From: a virus | Taxonomy: Duplodnaviria > Caudoviricetes | Reading direction: 5' to 3' (one strand) | Length of the DNA: 40,474 bases | Virus record (IMG/VR): IMGVR_UViG_3300006127_000031 | Span: 1-40,474 of that record | Shown here: in pieces, positions 1 through 9,610 of the stretch | Layout: each line of letters opens with the position of its first letter | Position numbering within the stretch: the stretch's first letter is position 1 | Notes under the pieces: model-generated | Seen by the model: only the letters and a program-made list of their open reading frames with translations | What the model was told of the DNA's origin: nothing | Database searches by the model: none | Position numbers and translations under genes: made by a program

Positions 1-75
1 CTCAAACTTTATACCCAATCCAACAACAGGTACTGCAACAGATGTCGTGCCTGGTTTAACAACTAAGAATCAATA

Positions 76-453
76 ATGGCAAATTTTTATAATAACATTC
101 CCTCTGTGTCAAGCACAGATAGTGCAAATGTAACACGAAACAATCTTAACAATTTCTACGGTATCAACATCCAAGTTGATGCTAACGCTTGGGATGCACT
201 GTTAGGGTTTTTTGAAAGCAATGGATTTAGTAAATCTTCTTCCGAAGTAATCGTATATCAGATTTTTTATCAATCGAATATCGATGGCTACGATCCGATG
301 GCCGTCGTACAAAATATCAAATCATTAAATCAAGTAGCTCTAAATGAATTGGTGACTGCTATTTTGAATTTCAACAGATATAAAACTAGCGTCTTAGGGT
401 TAAGTGTCACGTACAAGGCAACACCTGCGGTATCTAGAGAGATTGTAGCGTGA
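76..453 (+). CDS. hypothetical phage protein (125 aa), probably virion-associated
   Basis: Clean ORF whose stop overlaps the next start (GTGA); lies in a morphogenesis cluster. Confidence 0.6.
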   Translation: MANFYNNIPSVSSTDSANVTRNNLNNFYGINIQVDANAWDALLGFFESNGFSKSSSEVIVYQIFYQSNIDGYDPMAVVQNIKSLNQVALNELVTAILNFNRYKTSVLGLSVTYKATPAVSREIVA

Positions 454-887
454 GCTTAAAATTTGCCAAAGGTCCTTTCAAATTAAAAAATCCAGAAAAG
501 TACATAGGTACAGGAACTCCTTTTTATCGCAGTAGTTGGGAGTTAGCAGTTATGCGGATGTGTGACAACAATCCCAGTATACAAGAGTGGGCCAACGAAA
601 GCATAAAAATTCCCTACAAAGATCCATTAACAGGAAAACAGTCAATTTATGTTCCTGATTTCCTTGTAGTATTCCTAGACAAGAACATGCAACGTCATGC
701 AGAGCTCTGGGAAATCAAACCATCAAATCAGCAGATAAAAGAAAAGGTTGGTAAGAATCCCTATAATCAAGCACAGTTTGTGCGCAACATGGCCAAATGG
801 CAAGTGGCCAATCAGTGGTGTGCCGCGAAAGGCCTAAAATTCCGAGTTCTAAACGAGAACGATATTTTCCATACCGGTAAGAAATAA
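450..887 (+). CDS. gp4: T4 gp4-like head completion protein (PD-(D/E)xK, TnsA-like nuclease fold)
   Basis: Motifs NPEKY, YRSSWE, W..E.IKIPY, YVPDF, EIKP..Q and AKW typical of gp4 homologues. Confidence 0.85.
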   Translation: MSLKFAKGPFKLKNPEKYIGTGTPFYRSSWELAVMRMCDNNPSIQEWANESIKIPYKDPLTGKQSIYVPDFLVVFLDKNMQRHAELWEIKPSNQQIKEKVGKNPYNQAQFVRNMAKWQVANQWCAAKGLKFRVLNENDIFHTGKK

Positions 888-900
888 AATAAGTAATATT

Positions 901-1380
901 ATGACTAAGAAACTCGAAGAACTCTTAAACATAGCACCTGCTGAAGAAACCCCGGTTGAATTACCCCCTGCAGAACCAGCACCTACACATGTTGATTTAC
1001 AACAAAGCCTAGCAGAATTTGATAAAATTAGTGCGGCACTGCCACAAGTCCGTGGACTGGGCGATATCAGTGACGCAGAGCTAGATGCGCTAGCTTCAAA
1101 AGCAGAACAAGCCTATGACGATTTGATGGATTTAGGTATGAATGTAGAAGCACGTTACGGTGCCAGAATGTTCGAAGTTGCGGGCAATATGCTTAACGCC
1201 GCTATTACTGCTAAATCCAATAAAATCGACAAAAAGCTAAAGATGATAGATCTACAGCTTAAAAAACTAGCGATAGATAAAAAGGATGCAGGCGAGAATA
1301 ATGGTGTTGTCGCAGGTGAAGGATACGTGCTTGCAGACCGTAATAGTATCATCGCAAAACTCAAAAGCATGGATAAATAA
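901..1380 (+). CDS. probable terminase small subunit (gp16-like)
   Basis: Helical 159-aa protein with an 'ARMFEVAGNML' segment resembling the gp16 'PRxxEV' motif; upstream of TerL; late-type promoter TAAGTA at 890-895. Confidence 0.55.
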   Translation: MTKKLEELLNIAPAEETPVELPPAEPAPTHVDLQQSLAEFDKISAALPQVRGLGDISDAELDALASKAEQAYDDLMDLGMNVEARYGARMFEVAGNMLNAAITAKSNKIDKKLKMIDLQLKKLAIDKKDAGENNGVVAGEGYVLADRNSIIAKLKSMDK

Positions 1381-1396
1381 AGAGTAGGAATTACTT

Positions 1397-2008
1397 ATGA
1401 AAACATTAAAAGATTATCTAACCGAAAGTAAGAAAGTTTACGATTTTAGGATTAAAATCGCAGGCGAACTTTCGGCTGAAAAAGAAGCTATCATGAAACA
1501 ATGCCTCGAGCGTTTTTCAGTAGCCAGTTTTAAGAAGTCAGGCACAAGCCCAATTCAATCACTACCTTTGGATTTCCCAAAGATTAGAAATCAGCAAGTT
1601 TCAGTATTTGAAGTTGCATTGGATTATCCAACAACTCCTCAGGAACTACACGAATACATTTCATCATCAATCGCCTTAGGCCCCGATTATCTTGTTGTTC
1701 GCAAACCAAACGAGCCAACAGAGTATTATCAACAACCAGGAGAGGCTAGAGACGGCACATTACTACAGGATTCAAATTATACAGAAGCACCTAAAGTAGA
1801 TTCAAAAGACTACTACGGTACAGAATATAACATTAGCTTTGTAAAAGCATTAAATGATGAACTAAAGGCTAATCGTAAAGAAAGAGGCGAAGTCATTCCT
1901 AACTCAACAGCGGATGACGTTATTAAAAATCCAGGCCAAACATTAAACGATATAGCAACAACTAACCAAAGTCCGATCCAGCAATCGGATTATGACCCAA
2001 GGAAATAA
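1397..2008 (+). CDS. probable internal head/prohead protein (203 aa)
   Basis: N-terminus MKTLKDYLTE resembles the T4 capsid-targeting peptide; TAAATA at 1374-1379 and an SD upstream. Confidence 0.5.
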   Translation: MKTLKDYLTESKKVYDFRIKIAGELSAEKEAIMKQCLERFSVASFKKSGTSPIQSLPLDFPKIRNQQVSVFEVALDYPTTPQELHEYISSSIALGPDYLVVRKPNEPTEYYQQPGEARDGTLLQDSNYTEAPKVDSKDYYGTEYNISFVKALNDELKANRKERGEVIPNSTADDVIKNPGQTLNDIATTNQSPIQQSDYDPRK

Positions 2009-2011
2009 ACC

Positions 2012-2788
2012 ATGCAAATGATCGACGTACTCAAGAGATTAGCCGAACTAGATGAAGCAAGTCCACCTCAGCCACAGGTCCAGATGGCCAATGACCCAGC
2101 ACTAACAGTTATTACTGAAGGTGTCATGATGCCTGCTCCGGAAGGAACACAGGCTCCTGCACCACAAGTTCCAGCTTCATTCAGCCTTAATGCATCTGCA
2201 TCATCAGGCAGCGAAGTTGCTGACATGCTAACACAGATTATGAACCTAGCTGGTGTTAAAACAGTAGGCGACAAAGATATCAATCAGCCAGAAAAACCAA
2301 TGACTGCCGAACCAATGCACAGCGACATCAAATCTGCACTACAAGCAGTTGACGGTATCGAAGACGAAGAAGCCGCAATGGGTGCAGAAATTACAGGTGG
2401 CGAGCCTCCAATGACTACAGACATGGATGGTGAGCACGGTGCTGCCGCTACATTAGCAGGCGGAAGTAATGGCGATATCGGCGACATGGCTGACCAAGTA
2501 CGCGATATGGCTAAAGAATTAGGCGCAACAGACAAAGAAGAATTAGGCTTAGAAAGTTTACGTCAATTTGATAACAGTCCAGAAGAACATACACGTTCAT
2601 TTAATCCAAACGATTTTGCTAATATCATTAATAAAGTAAGAGGATTTGATCAAGTTCCTGCTCGTGGCGGTGATAACCCACTTCCAGAGAGCGTAGAACA
2701 GTATCAACCTGCTGAACAACAAGGCAATCTTTTAGATGCTACTGCTAAACTTTATCAAGAATATCAAAATTTTATTAAAAATATCTAA
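2012..2788 (+). CDS. acidic low-complexity protein (258 aa), probable prohead core/scaffold component
   Basis: Acidic and P/A/M-rich with several (I/L)xE motifs; SD AGGA; followed by a terminator. Confidence 0.5.
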   Translation: MQMIDVLKRLAELDEASPPQPQVQMANDPALTVITEGVMMPAPEGTQAPAPQVPASFSLNASASSGSEVADMLTQIMNLAGVKTVGDKDINQPEKPMTAEPMHSDIKSALQAVDGIEDEEAAMGAEITGGEPPMTTDMDGEHGAAATLAGGSNGDIGDMADQVRDMAKELGATDKEELGLESLRQFDNSPEEHTRSFNPNDFANIINKVRGFDQVPARGGDNPLPESVEQYQPAEQQGNLLDATAKLYQEYQNFIKNI

Positions 2789-2804
2789 TTAATTCAGGCA
2801 TACC

Positions 2805-2832
2805 AAATAGGCTCTTCGGAGCCTATTTTTTT
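2805..2832 (+). terminator. rho-independent terminator with a UUCG tetraloop
   Basis: AAATAGGCTC-TTCG-GAGCCTATTT followed by a T-tract. Confidence 0.9.
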
Positions 2833-2835
2833 CAG

Positions 2836-2841
2836 TAAATA
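2836..2841 (+). promoter_or_regulatory. T4-like late promoter core (TAAATA) 5 nt before the terL ATG
   Basis: TAAATA-AACGC-ATG; the same geometry recurs at 4440, 15344, 19271, 22440 and on the minus strand at 19260-19265 and 25841-25846. Confidence 0.7.
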
Positions 2842-2846
2842 AACGC

Positions 2847-4439
2847 ATGGCATTATCGCAAACAAACTCGCTAATCAAAACCGCAAATAAGACTCTGAAA
2901 TTTTCAGAGCAGGATATTATTGATTTGCAACTGTGTTCAGACCTTGATACTGGGCACAAGTATTTCTTAAAAAAATTCTTTGCCATCCAGCATCCTACTA
3001 GAGGACAAATCCAATACCAAGCATACGGATATCAAGAAGCTCTTGTAGATAGTTTACATAACTATCGATTCAACGTTAATATGTTACCACGCCAAAGTGG
3101 TAAGACAACAACTGCGGTGGGTTACTTGTTGTGGTATGCTATGTTCAAGCCCGATCAAACTATTCTTATCGCGGCGCACAAATATACAGGTGCTCAGGAA
3201 ATTATGCAACGTATTCGTTACGCATACGAGTTATGTCCTGATCATATTCGCTGTGGTGTTACCAGTTATAACAAACAGTCAATTGAGTTTGACAACGGTA
3301 GTCGTATTGTTGCACAAACAACAACAGAAAACACAGGTCGTGGTATGTCTATATCACTACTATATTGTGACGAGTTTGCGTTCGTTCCAGTTAATATCGC
3401 TAAAGAATTCTGGACTTCGATATCTCCTACACTAGCAACTGGTGGTAAGGCGATTATTACATCAACACCTAACTCGGACGAAGATCAGTTCGCTGAAATT
3501 TGGTTCGGTGCTATCAAAAACGAAGATGAGTTTGGTAACAAGCGAGAGGACGGATTAGGCATTAACGGATTCTTTGGCTATAAATCCAACTGGTGGGATC
3601 ACCCGGACCGTGATGAAAAATGGAAAGAAGTTGAGATGGGTCGCATCGGTGAAGAGCGGTTCCGCCGTGAGTACGGATGCGAGTTCTTAGTCTACGATGA
3701 AACACTTATCAGCAGTATTTTCCTATCAACGATGGAAGGTAAAGATCCTATCGTAAAAATGGGGCAAGCCCGCTGGTATAAAAAGATTGATCCCAAGTGT
3801 ACCTATATCATCGCATTAGACCCTGCGCTAGGCACAGGAGGCAACTATAGTGCTATCGAAGTTATTGAATTACCTACGCTAGTACAAGCGGGCGAGTGGC
3901 ATCATAATCTAACTCCTATACAAAGCCAAGTCAAGATCATGCGTGATATCTGCAAATACATTGACGATGCTTGTTCAGAACGCGGTGCCAGCAGTAGCAT
4001 CTATTATTCAGTAGAAAATAATACCGTAGGTGAAGCGGCTTTGGTGGCGATTAGTGAGCTAGGAGAAGAAACTTTTCCTGGAATGTTTCTAAGTGAGCCT
4101 ATTAAGAAAGGGCACGTAAGACGCTATCGCAAGGGCTATAATACCACAGAAAAAGCCAAAGTTGCTACCTGTGCGAAATTAAAACACCTAATCGAAAATC
4201 GCAAATTAACGATCCATTCGCAAAGTTTTATCAGTCAGCTTAAAACCTATATCGCCCAGGGTGTTAGTTTTTCAGGTAAAAACGAAGAGCCAGATGACTT
4301 AGTAGCTTCTATGCTGGTAGCACTACGCATGATTATGCAGTTACAAGAGTGGGATCCGCAGGTTTATGACACTATGCACGACTATGTAAACGACGAAATG
4401 GAGCTTCCGCTACCCATTTATATAAGCAACAGTTTTTAA
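2847..4439 (+). CDS. terL: terminase large subunit (gp17-like)
   Basis: Walker A PRQSGKTT, Walker B LLYCDEFAF, coupling motif TSTP, nuclease motifs ALDPALG and DDLV. Confidence 0.97.
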   Translation: MALSQTNSLIKTANKTLKFSEQDIIDLQLCSDLDTGHKYFLKKFFAIQHPTRGQIQYQAYGYQEALVDSLHNYRFNVNMLPRQSGKTTTAVGYLLWYAMFKPDQTILIAAHKYTGAQEIMQRIRYAYELCPDHIRCGVTSYNKQSIEFDNGSRIVAQTTTENTGRGMSISLLYCDEFAFVPVNIAKEFWTSISPTLATGGKAIITSTPNSDEDQFAEIWFGAIKNEDEFGNKREDGLGINGFFGYKSNWWDHPDRDEKWKEVEMGRIGEERFRREYGCEFLVYDETLISSIFLSTMEGKDPIVKMGQARWYKKIDPKCTYIIALDPALGTGGNYSAIEVIELPTLVQAGEWHHNLTPIQSQVKIMRDICKYIDDACSERGASSSIYYSVENNTVGEAALVAISELGEETFPGMFLSEPIKKGHVRRYRKGYNTTEKAKVATCAKLKHLIENRKLTIHSQSFISQLKTYIAQGVSFSGKNEEPDDLVASMLVALRMIMQLQEWDPQVYDTMHDYVNDEMELPLPIYISNSF

Positions 4440-4450
4440 TAAATACACAC

Positions 4451-6646
4451 ATGAACGCTATAGAACTAATTGCACAGGACTTATTTGACAAAGTACGCAG
4501 TCGGTTTTCTAACCTACAAATGGGCGACGAGAACGGCGGTGTTACAGTAGACCCAACAGAAGCAAGATTTTTTGATTTTGACTTCGTTGTTGAAGGTAAT
4601 AATCTGGGTCGTGTTAGCATGAGCATTAACAATTTAGGTACACTAAAATTATTTTATAGCCAAGGAATTTTAGAAGGACACGATCCAATTACTACAGAAT
4701 ATTGGTACGACTTCTTAAAAGAAATGAGACAATTTGCAATGCGTAGAATTTTACGATTCGACGCAAGAGATATTTCTAAAGGCAATTTAGAAAAATCTGA
4801 TTTTCAATATCTAGCACAAAACGGATCCAAGGAAGACAACATGACTGAAGCACAAATGTACGGTAGCTCAAAGAGCTCATATCGCCCACTAGAGAAAACA
4901 CTATTAATCATACGTCATAATCAAAAGGTTGGCGAAGACAGAGGTGCTCGTAGCCGCGGTAATAATATCAAGGCAATCTTCATCCAGAATGAAGCCGGCG
5001 AACGTTTTAAATATCCGATGGCACATCTAGCCGGTGCTCGTGCTATGCAACGTCACGTAGCCAATGGTGGTGCTCCATACGATGTGACTGGTAGTGAAAT
5101 TATCAAGATGAGCGAGCAAATCAAAGCTCTAAGTACATTCAAACGTCAAGTTGGCAATACAGAACAATTAACAACAGAAGCACGTGGCATCGTAGATCGT
5201 GTTGGTAGTAAATTAAACACCTTGCGTTCTACACTAGAATCCATCACCAAGCAAACACATTACGAATCTTGGAGAGAGTCATTAGAAGCTGCCGATCTAA
5301 TCGAACAAACTGAAATCGATCCAGCAACATTAGAAGACTACAAATCTAAATTTACAGTTAGCTCTTTCAAAGAAGATCTAGCACAATATTTCCCATTAGT
5401 ATATTCAATCATGCAAGAAGCAGGCGAACTTGATTTAGAAGATTACGTTGGAGAAGATTCAAAAGACGACGAACACGATTGCGGATGCGAAGACGAATGC
5501 ACCTGCGACGAAGTTAAAGAAGATGTGTTTAGCAAATTTGAATCATGGGCCGATGAGGTTGCATTAGAACATGTCCAAGAAGAACCATCTCTAGAAGAAA
5601 GCTGGGCATCAATGACTCCAGATGTTGCCGGACAAATGATCGATGCAATTAGCGATTACTATCCACGTAGATTAGAAAAACATGGTGATTCAACATACGC
5701 TAAAAACCTATACATGGATTTGGCAAAAATCGCTCGTGCAAATAAACAAACAAACGAATTTGACAAGATGTGCCGTGCCGCTCAACACAGCGCACACATG
5801 GATTACGATACAAATCCAGGCGGATTTGAAAATTGGTTTTGGTATTTGATTCCGATGGTAAATCGTATCGCCAAAGCACACGGTCGTCACGATGTTAAAC
5901 AAGCACACGACGAGACCGATGAAGGACAAGTCGAAATGGAAAATTTAAAAGATAAATCCGACAAGACATGGCTAAAGTCAGCAGGTAAAAAGCCCGGCAT
6001 CGGACACAAAATGAAAGATGCTCTAAAAGGTGTGAAGGCATTTGCCACCGGCGATAAAGAAGCTGAAAAGAAATTAGATACGTATGAAGATATGAAGCAA
6101 CCTAGATTGCCACAAGAAGCGATGACAGAAATTGCTCGCATCGTAATGACAAGTATTAATCGTGGCGATGATCCAGATATGGTTGGCACAGTACCACGCG
6201 GCGACGAATCCATCAAGATTGAAGTTACTAAGAAATATGGAGAGAAGGCCGGCGAACTAGCAGAGCAACTACTCCAAATTAAAAAAGAAGAAGTTAAGCG
6301 TGAGTTTGAATCACGTCAGCAGATGGCAGAAATGCGCCGTCTTGCTGGTTTACCGATTACTGAGGCCGATGCTTGGAAAAAAGAAACACCTTGGATGAAA
6401 GCAACTAAAAAAGATCCACGTGGTAAAGTCACCAATCTAAGTGACAAGGCACGTAGAGAAACTGAAAAACACACAGCAAAAGATACAAAAGAATCTACTG
6501 GTGACTATTCTGCTAAGAAGGCAGCCGCTGGTAAAGACATTGGCAAACCTGGTAAAAACTTTTCTAAGATTGAAAAATCAGCAGGTGGCGGTGCAAAAGG
6601 CAAACGTATTGCTGGTAAAGTATTGGCAAACCTTCGCAACAAATAA
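4451..6646 (+). CDS. 731-aa late protein, probable protease-processed internal head protein
   Basis: Late promoter at 4440-4445; globular-looking N-terminal half, acidic linker, basic modular C-terminus, RRLAGL motif. Confidence 0.55.
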   Translation: MNAIELIAQDLFDKVRSRFSNLQMGDENGGVTVDPTEARFFDFDFVVEGNNLGRVSMSINNLGTLKLFYSQGILEGHDPITTEYWYDFLKEMRQFAMRRILRFDARDISKGNLEKSDFQYLAQNGSKEDNMTEAQMYGSSKSSYRPLEKTLLIIRHNQKVGEDRGARSRGNNIKAIFIQNEAGERFKYPMAHLAGARAMQRHVANGGAPYDVTGSEIIKMSEQIKALSTFKRQVGNTEQLTTEARGIVDRVGSKLNTLRSTLESITKQTHYESWRESLEAADLIEQTEIDPATLEDYKSKFTVSSFKEDLAQYFPLVYSIMQEAGELDLEDYVGEDSKDDEHDCGCEDECTCDEVKEDVFSKFESWADEVALEHVQEEPSLEESWASMTPDVAGQMIDAISDYYPRRLEKHGDSTYAKNLYMDLAKIARANKQTNEFDKMCRAAQHSAHMDYDTNPGGFENWFWYLIPMVNRIAKAHGRHDVKQAHDETDEGQVEMENLKDKSDKTWLKSAGKKPGIGHKMKDALKGVKAFATGDKEAEKKLDTYEDMKQPRLPQEAMTEIARIVMTSINRGDDPDMVGTVPRGDESIKIEVTKKYGEKAGELAEQLLQIKKEEVKREFESRQQMAEMRRLAGLPITEADAWKKETPWMKATKKDPRGKVTNLSDKARRETEKHTAKDTKESTGDYSAKKAAAGKDIGKPGKNFSKIEKSAGGGAKGKRIAGKVLANLRNK

Positions 6647-6682
6647 TTGGTTAAAATAACCAGAAATTATCCTAGATAAACA

Positions 6683-6711
6683 TTGACAGGATAAATAAAC
6701 TAGCATACAAT
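6683..6711 (+). promoter_or_regulatory. sigma70 promoter for the gp32 operon with a nested late TAAATA
   Basis: TTGACA(6683-6688)-17 bp-TACAAT(6706-6711); TAAATA at 6692-6697. Confidence 0.8.
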
Positions 6712-6735
6712 TAAACGTATGCTAGTTTTTTCTTT
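6697..6735 (+). terminator. hairpin/terminator overlapping the gp32 promoter
   Basis: AAACTAGCATAC-N8-GTATGCTAGTTT followed by a T-rich run. Confidence 0.65.
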
Positions 6736-6800
6736 ATGTAGTTGCATGGAGAAAAGAGGCATAGAAGCAAAACAAAGGCATATTATTAAGGAGAAAAATT

Positions 6801-7817
6801 ATGGCATCTTTGGCAGAAATCCGCGCTAAACTTCAAGAAGCGCAAAATAAATCAAGTGGTCAATCCACAGGCGGCGGCGACAACGCAATTTATCCACACT
6901 GGAATATCCCAGAAAATTCAGAAGCAGTAGTACGTTTCCTACCAGACGCAGACGGTGATAACACTTTCTTTTGGGTAGAACGTGCGATGATTAAATTACC
7001 TTTCGCAGGTATCAAGGGAGAAACCAATTCCAAGCCAGTTACTGTACAAGTTCCTTGTATGGAAATGTGGGGCGAAACTTGTCCAATCCTAACTGAGGTA
7101 CGCCCTTGGTTCAAAGACAAGAGCTTAGAAGACATGGGTCGTAAATATTGGAAGAAGCGTAGTTACTTGTTCCAGGGCTTTGTAGTTGATGGTCCATTAA
7201 AAGAAGACAAAACTCCAGAGAATCCAATCCGCAGATTCATCATCGGTAGCCAAATCTTTAACATCGTTAAAGCGGCACTAATGGATCCAGACATGGAAGA
7301 TCTACCAACAGACATCTTACGTGGTGTTGATTTCAAAATCACTAAAACATCAAAAGGTGGTTACGCTGACTACAGCACATCTAAGTATGCTCGTCGTGAA
7401 CGTGCATTAGATGATGCAGAACAAGCGGCTCTCAAAGAGCATGGTTTGTTTAATCTCAAAGACTTCCTACCTAAGAAGCCAGGTGAAGTTGAACTCAAAG
7501 TCATGAAAGAAATGTTTGAAGCATCAGTAGATGGTGAAGCATTTGACATGGAACGTTGGGGTCAATACTTTAAACCAGCAGGAATGGGTGGTAGTGGATC
7601 TGCAACAGGTTCAAATACACCAGCGGCAGCCCCAAAGGCAGCTCCTGTAGTCGGGGAAGATGATGACGCCCCTTTTGAGCCAGCGGCATCAGCACCCGCA
7701 CCTCAAGTTGCTGAATCTGCTCCTGTGGAAGCGAAAGCTACACCAGCGGCTGGCAGTGAAGCAAGTGCAAGAGCACAAGACATTCTTGCAATGATCCGTA
7801 ACCGTCAAAAACAATAA
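6801..7817 (+). CDS. gp32: single-stranded DNA-binding protein (T4 gp32 family)
   Basis: AVVRFLP, C..M.GE.CP, YWKKRSY and Y..Y..S motifs; low-complexity acidic tail; SD AAGGAG. Confidence 0.92.
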   Translation: MASLAEIRAKLQEAQNKSSGQSTGGGDNAIYPHWNIPENSEAVVRFLPDADGDNTFFWVERAMIKLPFAGIKGETNSKPVTVQVPCMEMWGETCPILTEVRPWFKDKSLEDMGRKYWKKRSYLFQGFVVDGPLKEDKTPENPIRRFIIGSQIFNIVKAALMDPDMEDLPTDILRGVDFKITKTSKGGYADYSTSKYARRERALDDAEQAALKEHGLFNLKDFLPKKPGEVELKVMKEMFEASVDGEAFDMERWGQYFKPAGMGGSGSATGSNTPAAAPKAAPVVGEDDDAPFEPAASAPAPQVAESAPVEAKATPAAGSEASARAQDILAMIRNRQKQ

Positions 7818-7831
7818 TTAGGAGATAGACT

Positions 7832-8902
7832 ATGGGAAAAGCCTTCGATGTTTCGAAGTTCCGTAAGTCTATCACTAAGTCAATTGACGGCTTAGGTATA
7901 GGCTTTAACGATCCAACAGACTGGATCTCAACGGGCAATTACGCACTCAACTACCTTATTTCTGGTGACTTCTTTAAAGGAGTTCCACTAGGTAAAGTAA
8001 CGGTATTTGCAGGCGAATCAGGTGCAGGTAAATCATATATCTGTTCTGGTAACATTATTAAAGCCGCACAAGAACAAGGTATTTTTGTTGTCTTAATCGA
8101 CACAGAAAATGCTTTGGATCAAGCGTGGTTAGAAGCATTAGGTGTTGATATTTCAGAAGAAAAACTTTTGAAACTCAACATGGCGATGATTGATGATGTT
8201 GCTAAAACTATCAACGAGTTCATGAAAGAATACAAATCAATGCCAGACGAAGAACGTCCAAAGGTATTGTTTGTAATCGACTCACTTGGTATGTTGCTTA
8301 CTCCGACTGATGTAAATCAGTTCGAAGCAGGTGACTTAAAAGGTGATATGGGCCGTAAACCTAAAGCACTTACAGCATTGGTTCGTAACTGTGTAAATCA
8401 GTTTGGTAACTATAATGTTGGACTTGTTTGTACTAATCATACATACGCATCACAGGATATGTTTGATCCAGATGACAAGATTTCAGGTGGTCAAGGTTTC
8501 GTTTATGCAAGCTCAATCGTTGTTGCTATGAAAAAACTCAAACTCAAAGAGGATGAGGATGGTAATAAAGTAAGTGATGTATTAGGTATTCGTTCAGCGT
8601 GTAAGATTATGAAAACACGTTATGCTAAACCATTTGAAAGTGTACAAGTTAAGATTCCATATTCAACAGGTATGGCACCTACTTCCGGACTAGTTGACAT
8701 GTTCGAAAAGATGGGTGTATTATCTAAGGTAGGGAATAAATTAGCATACACAGACAAGGAGTCTGGAGAGATTATTGCCGAATTCCGTAAAAACTGGACT
8801 GAAGATAAGTTGCACATTATCATGAAACAGTGGGATACAAAGGCGGCAGAATCTTTAACTACAACGACCGAACCGGTTGAAACAGAGGAAGAAGAAGCAT
8901 AA
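7832..8902 (+). CDS. uvsX: RecA-like recombinase UvsX
   Basis: Walker A GESGAGKS, IDTENA, VIDSLG, NHTY, SGG.G motifs. Confidence 0.95.
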   Translation: MGKAFDVSKFRKSITKSIDGLGIGFNDPTDWISTGNYALNYLISGDFFKGVPLGKVTVFAGESGAGKSYICSGNIIKAAQEQGIFVVLIDTENALDQAWLEALGVDISEEKLLKLNMAMIDDVAKTINEFMKEYKSMPDEERPKVLFVIDSLGMLLTPTDVNQFEAGDLKGDMGRKPKALTALVRNCVNQFGNYNVGLVCTNHTYASQDMFDPDDKISGGQGFVYASSIVVAMKKLKLKEDEDGNKVSDVLGIRSACKIMKTRYAKPFESVQVKIPYSTGMAPTSGLVDMFEKMGVLSKVGNKLAYTDKESGEIIAEFRKNWTEDKLHIIMKQWDTKAAESLTTTTEPVETEEEEA

Positions 8903-9156
8903 TGGATGAACATCTAATCATTACTGTTTGGGATATGTTCCGTGAATATATTCCAGAAAAAAATCGTGAAATGGCCGCAAATCAATACGTTGATTTCTTG
9001 TTGGGTCACGATATTGATGCAGACACATTATCTGGTTATACTGGATATGATCCGCATTTAGATGAAGCAATTAAAACCGTAGTTGCCGAAGAGGGAGTCG
9101 ACGATGACGAACTTAACGACGAAGATAATTATGGTTACGAAGACGAGGATTACTAA
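8902..9156 (+). CDS. small acidic hypothetical protein
   Basis: Translationally coupled (TAATG) on both sides, between uvsX and uvsY. Confidence 0.7.
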   Translation: MDEHLIITVWDMFREYIPEKNREMAANQYVDFLLGHDIDADTLSGYTGYDPHLDEAIKTVVAEEGVDDDELNDEDNYGYEDEDY

Positions 9157-9608
9157 TGTGGTACAGTAAGGTTAGTCGAGATATTTCTCACTTGCCCGAT
9201 TGTATTGAGTATTATTATTCTCAATTAGAAGAGGCTAGGAAGGAAGTAAAAGTCTACGGAAATCTCGAAAAGGCTAGTGCGGCTCTTCCTGGCATCGTCG
9301 AACAACGTTTCAACCAGCTTCAAGAAATTGAAGCTGTGTTGGAATACCTAAATATCGAACTTAGACGCACTAAATCAAAAGCGTTTAAGAAGTATCTTGA
9401 AAATTATCAACGAGCTCTAAGCAGTAGAGACTGCGAAAAGTATGTTGAAGGTGAGGCCGACGTAGTTGACCTAGAAAAGATTATCAACGAATTTGCATTG
9501 TTGCGTAATCAGTGGTTAGGAATTATCAAAGGCCTTGATATCAAACAATGGCAAGTTTCTAACATCATTAAACTTAGAACAGCCGGAATGGAAGATGTAC
9601 AAATATAA
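9156..9608 (+). CDS. uvsY: recombination mediator UvsY-like
   Basis: Coiled-coil of 150 aa ending in 'IIKGLDIKQWQVSNIIKLR.AG', as in UvsY; synteny with uvsX and uvsW. Confidence 0.8.
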   Translation: MWYSKVSRDISHLPDCIEYYYSQLEEARKEVKVYGNLEKASAALPGIVEQRFNQLQEIEAVLEYLNIELRRTKSKAFKKYLENYQRALSSRDCEKYVEGEADVVDLEKIINEFALLRNQWLGIIKGLDIKQWQVSNIIKLRTAGMEDVQI

Positions 9609-9610
9609 TC

